Shown here one piece after another: positions 22,888 through 34,555 of a DNA stretch of 64,000 nucleotides; position 1 is the first letter of the stretch; each line of letters begins with the position of its first letter. The stretch spans positions 106,950,001 to 107,014,000 of the forward strand of contig NC_042997.1 of the NCBI RefSeq assembly GCF_006345805.1, in the 5' to 3' direction. The DNA comes from Octopus sinensis (Eukaryota). The notes beneath the pieces were generated by a model, which had not been told where the DNA came from, ran no database searches, and worked only from the letters and a program-made list of their open reading frames with translations. Position numbers and translations under genes: made by a program.

Positions 22888-22890
<3 letters not shown>
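22542..22890 (-). mobile_element. Family-B SINE
   Basis: TTGTTTCAGTCATT...GCGGTCATGCTGGAGCACCGC...GACTGAACCTGGGACCATGTG...GGAAAGCAAACTTCTTACC. Confidence 0.85.
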
Positions 22891-22925
<35 letters not shown>

Positions 22926-23018
22926 GGGAAGCTTTACGAAAAAAACAAAAGACGAAGGCAGGTGGAGTACAAACAAACAATTGTATTAGTATGGTGCTCA
23001 GGAATAGAAATAAAACAA

Positions 23019-23060
23019 GTCCTTTACGTTTCAAGCTTACGCTCTTCGACAGAAAGATAC
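23019..23060 (-). ncRNA. Minimal type-I hammerhead-ribozyme-like motif (variant core) in the PLE terminal repeat
   Basis: Reverse complement GTATCTTT-CTGTCGA-A-GAGC(GTAA)GCTT-GAAAC-GT-A-AAGGAC: 5-bp stem I, stem II, self-complementary ACGT stem III, GUA triplet. Confidence 0.6.
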
Positions 23061-23636
23061 ACAGAAAAAAACAAGGAGAGAAAAAAAATGCGTGCAGGAG
23101 CTAACGATTCAACATGGCGTTTTGATTTCAGCCAGAAGTCAGAGATCAGACGTTAGACGCTAGAGGGATAGTAGGGGAGATAACAGGGTCAAGTGACCTC
23201 GCCCCAACATAAGGGTGCGTGTGTGTATAAGAGAGTATGTATGTGCGTATGAAAGAGGGCTGGTGGTCTGGACGTGTGTATGTATGTATGATGTGATGTG
23301 TAATGTCGTATGGTGTAGTGTAGTATGGTGTAGTGTAGTGTAGTGTGGTGTGATGTTGTGGGGAGGTGGGGGCGAGAGTGGGGAAAGCCCATGTGGGGTG
23401 TGGGTTCGGCTGGGGGTTGAAGTAGAGTGGGGGTTGTGGGGAGAGTGAAAGGGGGAGAGAGGGGAGAAAGGAGATGGGAGGGGAGGAGGGAGAGGAGAAG
23501 GAAGGAGAGAAGGGGAGGGGAGAGAAGAGGAGGGAGGGAGCAGAGAGAAGGGGAAGAGGGAAGAAGAAAGAGGAAAGAAGGGAAGAGTAGGGGTGAAAAG
23601 AAGAAGGATTGAAGAGAAGTAGGAGTCGGGGGGAGG

Positions 23637-24225
23637 TTAGATGAAAAGGGAGGGCGAGTTGAGACCAAATGGCGTAAAAGAGCAAAGAGAGAAGATTAAT
23701 CCCTGTTCAATGCGCAAGCGGGAATCCGGATGGCCTCTGTGCAAGGACAATCCGAACACAGACTGGTGTTGCAAGGAGTGACCGGTGGAGTGGAAATGGC
23801 GTGAGACCGGTGTGTCATTGGCAAGGCGGGTGTCTCGGAGGTGTTCCGCGAACCGGTCAGCCAAGCGGCGTCCCGTTTGTCCGATGTACAGGGAATGGCA
23901 GAGAGAGCAGGAATGCAATAGATGATATTGCTGGAGGTGCAGGTGAAGGAGTTGATGATGCGATAGGGTCGATGATGGGTGCCAGTGAGGAGGGAGGTGT
24001 TGGAGAGGTAAGGGCAAGTGCGGCAACGTGGGCGGGAGCAGGGGAACGAGCCAGGGAAGAAGCTGTGGACCAAGAGGTCTCGTAGGTTATGGGCACGTTT
24101 GAAGGAGGGCAGGGGTCGGTTAGGGAAGAGGTGTGAAGTGGACGGGTCGGACTGGAGATGCCGGAAAGCTCGAAGAATGGTGTGTTGGAGAGGTAGGGTG
24201 GTGGGGTGGTAAGTGAGGGGGAAAG
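23637..24225 (-). pseudogene. PLE linker plus GIY-YIG endonuclease (frameshifted)
   Basis: ORFs 23696-24073 and 23637-24026 join across a frameshift into a complete GIY-YIG domain. Confidence 0.88.
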
Positions 24226-24237
24226 GGAGGCGGGAAA

Positions 24238-24789
24238 CTACAGGGCGGATTCGGGGGAGAGAGCAGATGCACGGTCTACGGAACGTGCTCTGGCAAGGGC
24301 GGTGTGGATAGTGGTGAGGGGGTATCCACGTAGGATGAAGTGGCGAGCCATGAGTTGAGACTGAGTCTCAAAGTCATGGTCGTCACTACAGAGCCTACGT
24401 AGACGGAGGAATTGGGAATAGGGGATGGAAAGCTTGGTGTGTTTGGGGTGGGAGGAAGAGAAGTTTAGGTATGAGTGTGAGTCTGTGTGTTTGTAGTGAA
24501 TGGAGGTGGTAAGAATGGAGTGATGAATGCTGACCGAAATGTCGAAGAAGGAGACAGAGGAGTTGGAGATAGTGGAGATGAAGTGGAGGGCAGGATGGAA
24601 GGATTGAACGAATGGGAGGAAGGAATCTAGATGTTCACGGGAGAGTGAGGTGGCACCGATAATGTCGTCAATGTAACGACCGTATAGTTCGGGAGTGGGA
24701 CCAGTGAAACTAGAGAATATTTGGGCCTCAACATAGCCAACGAACAGGTTCGCATAGTTGGGGTCCATTCGCGTCAAAGTGTAACTCAT
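24238..24789 (-). pseudogene. PLE reverse transcriptase fragment (motifs 4-7 and thumb)
   Basis: YIDD catalytic motif; 183-aa open frame. Confidence 0.9.
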
Positions 24790-25129
24790 GATTGACCAAA
24801 GATTGTTGCTAACTAAGGCTGTGGCGACTCCTGATCATATGAATTTACAAGGGGGCTATGGAGGTGTTGGGTGATCAGTGGGATTGTGTGCTTTCTTTCT
24901 CCCTTTCTTTCTTTCTTTCTTTTTTCTTCTTTTTTTTTCGAAATAAAATAAACCAAGTTCAGTATTTTTATTTCAAACATATTTTCAAAAAAGCCTTTTA
25001 TTGGAACTAGATTTTTATTTAGACATTGTATTGTCACTGAGCAGAGATATAAACAGTGCTGTACAATTACCTTATTCTGACGTTTAAATCTAATAATGGT
25101 CTATTGATGTAGTCTGAATTTAAGTTAAA

Positions 25130-25242
25130 ACTAAGTTGAGTGGCACTGTTTTATAAACACATTCTACCAGTATATGAAGTTTAAAAGTGTTTAGTTACGT
25201 GGAAATTATTTTAAAAAATTGCCGTTCAAACCGAAAAGATCC
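25130..25242. mobile_element. Solo right arm of the GGATCTTT-ended foldback family
   Basis: ACACATTCTACCAGTATATGAAGTTTAAAAG...AAAAGATCC matches the right arms at 39270-39357 and 58960-59039. Confidence 0.6.
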
Positions 25243-25452
25243 GCAGAGTTTACTGAGAAACAAGGCAAACAAATAAAGTTTTATTAGTAACACCAGAACA
25301 CTTCTGTGTGGGCTCCATTGGTTGTACGCAGTACATCCAGGTGATACAATGCAATAAATAGTGGAAGTTGTAACAATAATTTGTGAAGACTGTATATGTA
25401 TGTTTATCTACGTACGTATATGCTTATATATGCTCATGTATGTCTGAATAGC

Positions 25453-26370
25453 TATCAGCTATCAGCCTTAAGAAGACCAACATCACGGGCCAGGCTACAT
25501 CGGACATCCCAAACATACATATTGGAGACCACAGATTACAAGAGGTGGAGAAGTTTACCTATCTGGGCTCTACCGTCACCTACAACCTATCCCTTGACGC
25601 TGAGCTCAATATACGCATTGGCAAGGCAGCTGCTGCGATGGCCCAACTCTCCAAACGGGCTTGGGACAACAATAAGCTGACCAAGACCACGAAAATGAAG
25701 ATCTACCAGGCATGTATACTCAGCACTCTACTGTATGGAAGTGAGACCTGGACGCTATACACACGCCAAGAGCGTCGCCTAAACATCTTTCACCTGCGCT
25801 GTCTCCGAAAAATCCTCCGCATCAAATGGCAGAATCATATCCCCAACAAAGATGTCCTCAGGCAAGCAGGAATACCAAGCATGTTTGCACTCCTCACACA
25901 AAGACGTATGAGATGGCTTGGGCATGTTAGCCGTATGAAAGATGGCAGAATCCCCAAGGACATACTCTACGGAGAGCTTGCTAGGGGTACTAGGTCTGTG
26001 GGTAGACCGATCTTACGTTACAAGGATGTTTGCAAAAGGGACATGAAGGCCTGCAACATCAATATTAGCGGTTGGGAGGCAGTTGCCGGCAACCGTGGAG
26101 AATGGCGACGTACCGTAAAAGAGGGAATACAAAGGAGTGACAGAGAGAGAGAGGAGAAATGGAAAGAAAAGAAGAGACGTCAACAAGAGACTATGGCATT
26201 ACAACCAGCCAGGAACAGTCTTCGCTACATTTGCGGTACCTGCCAGAGGGAGTGTTTGTCCAGGATAGGACTACACAGCCACAGCAGGAAATGTATCAGG
26301 ACATGAAATATAAAAGCCGGACTAGACTACTTTATGCGCAACTCCATTGTCTCCCGAGACAGAAAGGATG
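25453..26370 (+). mobile_element. RTE-clade (BovB/RTE-like) LINE, 5'-truncated, ORF intact to its stop
   Basis: ISLKKTN...VEKFTYLGS, RIGKAAAA, STLLYGSETWT, HLRCLRKIL.IKWQ, RRMRWLGHV.RM...RIPK.ILYGEL, terminal CxxC...HxxxC finger; ORF 25545-26306. Confidence 0.92.
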
Positions 26371-26961
26371 CCAACCAATGTGTGAATACATGTATTTTCA
26401 CACACACACATTGTTGGTTGTACAAACAGAAGATTTAATATCAACTATATTTAATTTTGAGTGAATTATGCTGTAGTTTTATAATTACAAACTATTTCAC
26501 TTCATTATAGAAATCATTCTTGCAAGTTCTTCAACAACTAGTCTCCCACCAAGGATTATTGTTATTGTTATTCTTTTTTTTATTTCTCTTCTTTTTCATA
26601 TGTTATCTTTATTTGAGTCATACATTTTCCTTTGTTTAGTTTAAATCTCGAATGGAGAACATCAGTAAGTTCCGGGAATAGAAAGTAAAATTCTTCATTG
26701 ATTTGTGGAATGATAATAAAAATGTGTAGTGTCTGATAAGAGGTTTGGTATAGTGTAGAAAACTAGATTAGGGAGGATCCTGGTTGAGACAGTATTGTCA
26801 TTGATAAAAACAAACAAGTGTATTAATTTGTTCCGGTATTTATAATGGTATTAATAATAGAGACACCACTTAAAATATTTCAGCTTAAATGAAAGGCAAA
26901 TTAGACTAGATTCTCCTAAAACACATCTCTCAGATAAATAATAGAGGCCAGTCAAATTTAA

Positions 26962-27165
26962 TAATCCTTTCTACTAAAGGCACAGGGCTTGAAATTTTGG
27001 CGGAGGGGACTAGTTTATTACATCGACCCCTATGATTCACTGGTACTTAATTTATTGACCCCGAAAAGACGAAAGGCACAGACAAAGTCAAACTCGGTGG
27101 AATTTGAACTGAGATCGCAAGGACAGACGAAATGCTGCTAAGGATTTTGCCAGCTCGCCGCCTTT
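26962..27165 (-). mobile_element. Family-A SINE
   Basis: CCTTTCTACTAAAGGCACAGGGC...CATCGACCCC...GAATTTGAACTGAG...GCCAGCTCGCCGCCTT. Confidence 0.85.
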
Positions 27166-27284
27166 GGTGAAATTTAATAATAATATTCTGTTTGATGGTA
27201 CGTATTAGTATGATAGCAACAACGGCAAAGATATTACAAACTATAATTTATAACATCAGTATAATACCACAAATTTTATGGTGT

Positions 27285-27430
27285 ATTGGAGTGGTTGACG
27301 TTAGGAAGGGCATCCAGCTGTAGAAACCTTGCCAGATCAGATTGGAGCCTGGTGCAGCCTACTGCTTGCCAGTCAAACCGTCCACTCCTTGACAGCATGG
27401 AAAACGGACGTTTAACGATGATGATGATGA
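27285..27430 (+). mobile_element. Family-C SINE 3' fragment
   Basis: GGAGTGGTTGACGTTAGGAAGGGCATCCAGCTGTAGAAAC...(GAT)n. Confidence 0.75.
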
Positions 27431-27477
27431 TGATTGATGATTATGGTGATGATGGTGATTGTTAATTAAATCATCTT

Positions 27478-27860
27478 CTGTGGCTGTATGGAAGAGCTTT
27501 GTTTCCTAGCCACATAGTTCTGAGCTCACTCCCACTGTGTGGCACCTTGGGCAAATGTCATCTATTATAGCCTCGAGCTGACTAAAGCCTTGTAAGTAGA
27601 TTTGGTAGACGGAAACTGAAAGAAGCCCGTCATATATATAAGTGTGTGTGTGTGTGTGTCTGTGTTTTTCCCCCACCACCGCTTGATAACTGGTATCGGT
27701 GAGTTTACGACCCCATAACATAGCGGTTTGACAAAAGAAACCGATAGAGTAGGTACCAGGCTTTAAAAAAATATGTATTGGGGTCGATTAGTACGACTAA
27801 AATTCCACAAGGCGATACCCCAGCATGGCCACAGTATAAAGACTGGAACAAGTAAAAAGG
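27478..27860 (+). mobile_element. Family-B SINE
   Basis: Head, central (TG)n and tail all match the other family-B copies. Confidence 0.8.
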
Positions 27861-28944
27861 GATTTAAAAATAAAAACGGATATGATTGGTAGCTTTTCAG
27901 TCGAGGAAGGATTGAAACCGCGTTAGGATTTAAACTCAAAACCTAAAGAGACAATGCGGCAACGCATTGCCATAGTAATAATTTAAATTCAGACCACACG
28001 TCTAATCCATTCTTTACTATATACGTAAGTAATAAGAGAATCCAGGTAAAAAAAAAAATGTCACAGGGGTTTTATCCGGTAGGGGGTTGTCTGGATCCCA
28101 TAAATTAATTGTGACTTTTTATCCTAGCCAAAATTGTAACTTTATTACAGTGATTTTTTTCCCTGTGACTTTATTACCGGTCACCGAATAAGGTACCTAC
28201 CCATATAGCAAGCATCATGATTATACACCAATTAAACAAGAAGAAATGCCTTCAAATGCTTATATATACACAAGGTTATAGGCTTTCCTATGGATATATA
28301 AATATGCTAGTGGTGAAATAAATCCTTTTTGAGATGAGTCTTTAAATTTTCATCCACAGAAGAATCTCTAAAAAAGGGAATAGCTGAGTTAAAGATTAGT
28401 TAATAACTGTGCTCGAACACGTTAATAAACCAAGCTGAGAAAGAAAAAGAACATAAACGGGTATTTGCATTACAGAAAAAACCCCAAATACAACACTTCG
28501 TTAAAGGACACCAAATTTCAGCTGGTATAATATCATATAAAGTAAATGCCTCCATGTTGAAAAAGGTCGTTAAAAATTCATATAATAGAAAAACGTGATC
28601 TCTGGTATATTGTTGGTGGTGAGGCCCTAAAAAGCTAAGAATATGGAATAATGTGGAGTGATGAGACATAAATGAAACCACGTTTCATTTTGTATATCTA
28701 CGCTCAAGTATTCTACATTGCATTCGACTGTCCACTGCAAAAGATTGTTCCGCCCGGAAAGCAAACATTCATTCACCGACGATCTTTCAGTGTTGGAGTA
28801 GCAGAAATGAAATTATTTGTTTGGCAATTTCCGTAAAAGAATTTTATATCTTTACTTTTTTTTTCAGTTGAATCGCTTATGTTTATATATTGTTGTGTAT
28901 GTATGTGTTTATGTATATGTAGGCTTATTTGTGTATGTAAATAA

Positions 28945-29843
28945 ACGTGATCTGATCAATAAGTATCCGGACTGTTGCTATAGTAACGAAGCTAAAGCAC
29001 GGAGAGTGAAGTCACTTGGCACAAATTGATCTTGAACACTGCTGTGCATGCGCACTAAGTTTTAACGTTCTAGCTCACTTCCGCTGTTTACAGCAGTGCT
29101 TGGAAGGAAGGTGTGTAGTTTGTGATCACCGCATTGACCATGACATAGAAAGTTGAGCAGAGAATCTACATCAAATTTTGCCAAAAGCTTGGCGATACCT
29201 GCTCAGAGGCCTACGCAAAGTTTTCAAAAAGTTTTCATCATTCTCAGCACAATCAAGGAGATCTTGTGCAACTGAAAGCTGAGTATTTTTTTGGTCAGCT
29301 GAAAGCAGTTTTGACACAAACTTGACAGACACGCATCTCGTACCCAAGTCTTCAGTGATAATGGACTGAATTGAACCGTAACTAATCTGCATATCCTCTG
29401 ATAACTCACGGATGGTGATTCGATGATTTCCCCTCACAGCTGCACGCACTTCTGCGATGCTTTTCTTAGTTCTGCTGGTTGCGGGTCTCTGAGAACGTTC
29501 GTCAATATCACCATTTTTTCGGCTATCTTGGAAACGTCTGAACTACTTGTACTCTTGTGTACAGCTCATACACTCTTCTCCATACATTTTCTGCAACTTT
29601 GCGTAGGCCTCTGAGCAGGTATCGCCATGGCAACTTTTTCTGTCATGGTCAATGCGACGATTACACGCTACACATCTTCCTTCCAATCACTGCTGTAAAC
29701 AGCAGAAGTGAGCTAGAAAGTTAAACCTTTGTGCGCATGCACAGCAGAGTTCAAGGTCAATCTGTGCCAAGCAGCTTCACTCTGCATGCTTTAGCTTCAT
29801 TACTATGGCAACAGTCCAGATACTTATTGATCATACATCATAT
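28945..29843 (-). mobile_element. Palindromic mariner derivative (two 5' ends; catalytic half lost)
   Basis: ~280-bp inverted arms starting TGATCAATAAGTATC.GGACTGTTGC; minus-strand transposase N-terminal half RAAVRGNHRITIRELSEDMQISYGSIQSIITEDLG...KFVSKLL...DENFLK. Confidence 0.85.
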
Positions 29844-29978
29844 GTATATATATATACAAATATACATACTTGCACATAAACACATTCAATATATACTTAC
29901 ACAAATATATCTACACATACACACACATATATAATGCACATAAACACGTACACACACATATATCTATGTGTGTGTGTG

Positions 29979-30041
<63 letters not shown>

Positions 30042-30591
30042 TTACACATATACATGCACATACATACACAAATATATAAATATATATAAGCACATTAACG
30101 CATACATGCGTACGCAAAAAATATATAAACATAAGCGATACAGCAATTTTTTTTTAAATTTCCACGGAAATTGCAGAACAAATACTTTCAGGCTTGATAT
30201 ACCATTTCCGAAAAGTCACACACTGACCAACCTACAACAACCACTACGACACCAAAGCACTTTGTCTTTCCCGTGTGTCATCTGTTGCTACTACAACGCT
30301 TTCTACTGTGACGGTAACTATTATAACGATAACTTTTATAACTACTAAGCACACCTGATGCGTTTGCTTCCTCTCTCACCCCCTCTCCTTACTCATTCTG
30401 TGTCTCACCCACTGAAATATCCTCGTTAATTCTTCTTCCCCGGAATTGCAATTATAATTATACTCTCCCAGACCATGTTTTTCAATCATGCAACAATCTG
30501 CAGAAGGTCAGATTGAATAAAAAATCTCATCCTGGACTACCTGCAAAGGCTACGGTTGCTTCCCCTCTTTCCGAGAGAAAATTTTTGTTTT

Positions 30592-30770
30592 ACTACTTTC
30601 AGTAATTAGACTGCGGCCATGCTAGAGCATTGCCTTGAAAAAGTTTAGTATAACGAATCGCCCCCAGTACTTATTTTTTAAAGTCTGGTACTTATTCTAT
30701 CAGTTTATTATTCCGAACTGCTAAGTTATGGGGCCGTAAACACACCAAGCAGTGATCACACACACAGACA
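30592..30770 (-). mobile_element. Family-B SINE 3' fragment
   Basis: GACTGCGGCCATGCTAGAGCATTGCCTTGAA...CCCCAGTACTTATT. Confidence 0.7.
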
Positions 30771-30897
30771 CACACAAAGTGGAATGGCAAAGGAAACAAA
30801 CAGTTAGTCTATGAACTTTATTAGCTTACAGCTGTTTCTGCTACAAGATGCAATGTTCTCAAGTGGTAAGTCTTAGGGGAGATGTACTATTCCATAT

Positions 30898-31348
30898 GAG
30901 GTAGCGAACTGGCAGAGTTGTTACAGCGTAGGATAAAAATACTTAAAATTTTGATGGAGAAGAGATTAGATGATGCCATCGACCCCCAGTGGAATGAAGT
31001 GCTAAGTTGACCTCGGCGGAATTTTAAATCAGAATGTAAAAAGCCGGAATAAATCCAGCTTTGTATTTGTTCGACTCTAACGATTATGCCAGATCTCTTT
31101 CGGGGTCTATAAAATAAGAACTAGTTAAGCACTAAGGGCAAGGTAATCGACCTATCCGCTCCCCCACACTTGCTGGCTTTGTGCTAAAATTTGAAACCAT
31201 TATTATTATTATCAGTGTTAAGGTAGCGAGCTAGCAGAATCGTTAGCGCGCCAGACCTACAGGCAAAATGCCCAGTGAAATTTCGTCCATCTTTAGGTTT
31301 TGAGTTCAAATTCTGCTGAGGTCGACTTTCATCCTTTCGGGTTCGATG
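30898..31348 (+). mobile_element. Cluster of family-A SINE pieces in mixed orientation
   Basis: Heads GGTAGCGAACTGGCAGAG (30900) and AAGGTAGCGAGCTAGCAGAATCG (31220); tail TTTGTGCTAAAATTTGAAACC(ATT)n (~31180-31210); an inverted core at ~30980-31050. Confidence 0.7.
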
Positions 31349-31351
31349 AAT

Positions 31352-31985
31352 TACAGGGTGATCGGACTAAATTTGACGATATTTATATGTAATCTTTTTT
31401 CAGGAACAGCTTGTGTATTGGTAAACAGTCAACTGCGTTGGAGAATATAAAGATTACAGCTGTAGTTGAGAAAGAGTTAACTGATATGGAGGACTGGAAG
31501 CCATCTGGATATTGGAAAAGAGTTAGCTGTACCATGATGATTCTATATCATGACTGCAGCTCAATGCTCTGTGAACACTGTAAAGGCTATAAAGTGTGAC
31601 AAGGGCATCATGAAAACCAAGTTTCCCCAAACTGTGATGGTCTTTGCTTGTGGATCCAGTGAGGGTTACATCATGCCATCCCACAGTTTTGAACAGTCAT
31701 AGGCTCAATTTAGATGGCTATGTAAAACTGCTGGAGACCGTGGTCTATCCCTGGCTAAATAGGGTTGTTGCTGTTGTGGCAACAGGGTTCGGGCCCCTGC
31801 CATACCAGCGGAAGGAGTCAGAAGTGGTTGTCGGAGAATTTTTACTACTTCACCAGACCCAATTTCTGGTTTTCCTAATTCCTCTGATTGTAATCCCATG
31901 GATTACTATTTCTGGGGTGCGGTTGAGAAAGACGCCAAGGTCGAGCTGGTAGCTAAGATCAAGATGTTCGAAGATCTTCGCCAAT
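31352..31985 (+). mobile_element. Decayed Tc1/mariner transposon of maT (DD37D) type
   Basis: TA-CAGGGTG left end; WQQ(G<D)SGPCHTS...W.PNS.DCNPMDYYFWGAVE with 37 residues between the 2nd and 3rd catalytic positions (one +1 frameshift). Confidence 0.7.
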
Positions 31986-31989
31986 CCAG

Positions 31990-32214
31990 CCAAAAAGATG
32001 ACAACGACGACGATTATGAAGAGGGGGATGATAATGATGATGATGAGGAGGAGGAGGGACAGAGGGAAGAAGACAATGAAAGCAGTGGTGATAGTGATGG
32101 TGATGATGCCAATGATGATGAAGCGAATGAGAATGAAGGAGGAAGAAAATGGCGACAAGGTTAAGGAAATGAAGGTAGAAGAAAAGAGAACGGACGGAGG
32201 GAAAGAAAGAGAAA

Positions 32215-32263
<49 letters not shown>

Positions 32264-32420
32264 GTGATGGTGATGATGATGATAATGGTGATGGTGATGG
32301 TGATGATGATGATGATGACGACGACGACGATGATGACGACGGTGATGACGACGATGATGATGAGTTGATGATGGTGACGACGACGATGATAAAGGCAATG
32401 GCAACGACGACGACGATTAT
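31990..32420. repeat. Compound (GAT)n/(GAC)n/(GGT)n trinucleotide microsatellite
   Basis: Seen directly; it generates the spurious poly-His and poly-Met ORFs. Confidence 0.95.
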
Positions 32421-32836
32421 GGTAATGAAGGGCTGGAGAAGGCGGATGATAAAATGGTTAGTTAAAACTAGTGGAGTGGGGTTCTTTTGAGATAAAGTGA
32501 GATCTCATCACCATTTTCCACCACCACCACCACACCACCACCACCACCCCGTAACGTTCGCCATCAATTCAGTGCAGGATGGCGACAGGTTAGGTGTTTG
32601 TTTATTTATCAAAAGAATACCCACCCATCCACCTACCTACCGTCAAATATAAATCAAAGAGTGGCTTGGGTAGGTGATACGGTATGTCATCCATTCATTA
32701 ATAATACATCACTTCATTTTACCAACATCCTTCATGTGTTTAACAATTTGTCGTTGAATTATTTACGCAGCTTGTTAATTAATCCATCCATCTACGTACA
32801 CTCTTACCTTCGTCTGCATCCATTCATACCATTTTC

Positions 32837-32889
<53 letters not shown>

Positions 32890-33049
32890 GAATATTTACA
32901 TATATATACATACACATTGATGCAAGAACATAAAGGTAATTGTGTTGATTACATTGGTCACAGTTAGTCATCTATCTGAAGCGCTGTTTTTCTTTTGCTT
33001 TTCTTTTCCTTTAGTTTTACTTTTTTTTTCCTTTCATCTCTGCGCACAC

Positions 33050-33242
33050 TTTGTATGTATGTATGTATGTATGTATGTGTGTATGTAATGTATGTATGTA
33101 TGTATGTATGTATGTATGTATGTATGTATGTATGTGTGTATGTGTGTGTGTGTGTATGTGTGTATGTTTGTGTATATGTGTGTGTGTATGTATGTATGTA
33201 TGTGTGTATGTATGTATGTATGTGTGTATGTATGTATGTATG

Positions 33243-33275
<33 letters not shown>

Positions 33276-33356
33276 GTGTATGTGTGTATGTATGTGTGTA
33301 TGTATGCATGCATGTATGTATGTATGTGTGTGTATATGTATGTATGTATGTGTGTG

Positions 33357-33388
<32 letters not shown>

Positions 33389-33657
33389 TGTATGTACGTG
33401 TGCATAAACTATGTATTCTTTTACTATTCTGTATTCCGTATGCTCTATGTAAATATGTGTGTGTATGTATGTGTGTATGGATGTGTATGTGTGTATATTC
33501 TTACCTTCATAATATATATAGTTGCATGTATGTATGTATGTATTATGTATGTATGTATGTATGTATGTGTGTATGTGTGTATGTGTGTATGTATGTGTGT
33601 ATGTATGCATGCATGTATGTATGTATGTGTGTGTATATGTATGTATGTATGTGTGTG

Positions 33658-33689
<32 letters not shown>

Positions 33690-33910
33690 TGTATGTACGT
33701 GTGCATAAACTATGTATTCTTTTACTATTCTGTATTCCGTATGCTCTATGTAAATATGTGTGTGTATGTGTGTATGGATGTGTATGTGTGTATATTCTTA
33801 CCTTCATAAATATATATAGTTGCATGTATGTATGTATGTATGTATGTATGTATGTATGTATGTATGTATGTATGTATGTATGTATGTACGTATATATGTA
33901 TTATGTATGT
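33050..33910. repeat. (TATG)n/(TG)n microsatellite field containing a ~300-bp near-identical tandem duplication
   Basis: The unique island GTACGTGTGCATAAACTATGTATTCTTTTTACTATTCTG...CTTACCTTCATAA occurs at ~33395 and ~33695. Confidence 0.9.
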
Positions 33911-33930
33911 ATTGTATGTGGGTGTATATA

Positions 33931-34150
33931 TACGAGGGGGTGCTGAAAAGTTCCTGGCTTTAAGGGTATTGCGAAAGGCCTGATTGGAGACCCAACCTTC
34001 CGAGTTCTTTTAACGGGCTTTGAAAAACTGAAGGACCGTTGCAATAAGTGTGTGAATCTGAGAGAGGACTATGTTGAATTAAATCATAATTAACTGATCC
34101 TCTGTATTTTCTTTTACTCGTAGCCAGGAACTTTACAGCACTCCCTCCTA
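33931..34150. mobile_element. Mariner-type MITE (~220 bp)
   Basis: TIR TACGAGGGGGTGCTGAAAAGTTCCTGGCT and AGCCAGGAACTTTACAGCACTCCCTC; second copy inverted at 58066-58283. Confidence 0.85.
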
Positions 34151-34339
34151 ATATATGTGTGCAATGTGCATACATACATTAGATGTGTGGCAGTGTGTAT
34201 GTAGATGCGTGTATTAGAGCAGTCACCCCAGAAGCTATACCTCACTATAACCGAGGATCTTGCCTGGTGAAAGTACACCCTTAAAATAGCTAGAACCGCA
34301 TCCTAAAGCCTGGCCCTTCTCTTCAGGGCCAGGAAACAT

Positions 34340-34555
34340 TGGTTTCAATTTTTGGCACCAGGCCAGCAATTTTGAGGGCGAGAGTGAATTAATTACATCG
34401 ACCCCAGTGCTCAACTGGTACTTATTTTATCGACCACGAAACGATAAAAGGCGAAATGGACCACTGCGGAATTTGAATTCAAAACATAAAGACGGGTGAA
34501 ATGCCACTGATCATTTTGCCCGGCATGCTAACGATTCTGCCAGCTCGCCACCTTA
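34340..34555 (-). mobile_element. Family-A SINE
   Basis: GGTTTCAATTTTTGGCACCAGGCCAGC...CATCGACCCCAGTG...GATTCTGCCAGCTCGCCACCTTA. Confidence 0.85.

Larger units (their letters stand above)
22925..24800 (-). mobile_element. Penelope-like element (Neptune-type), 5'-truncated, with ~2 frameshifts, pyrimidine-rich 3' region and terminal pLTR-like segment
   Basis: RT motifs MDPNYANLF and GRYIDD, SSSHP, SIPYSQFLRLRRLCS; linker PLTYHP...NLRDLLV; Zn knuckle CSRPRCRTC; GIY-YIG FTCTSSNIIYCI / LYIGQTGRRLADRFAEH...PVSRHF...GLN. Confidence 0.92.

Noticed and set aside
28045-28190. GTCACAGGG...CCCTGTGAC inverted motifs, possible MITE
   Set aside because: The arms are short and interrupted, and boundaries and TSD cannot be defined.
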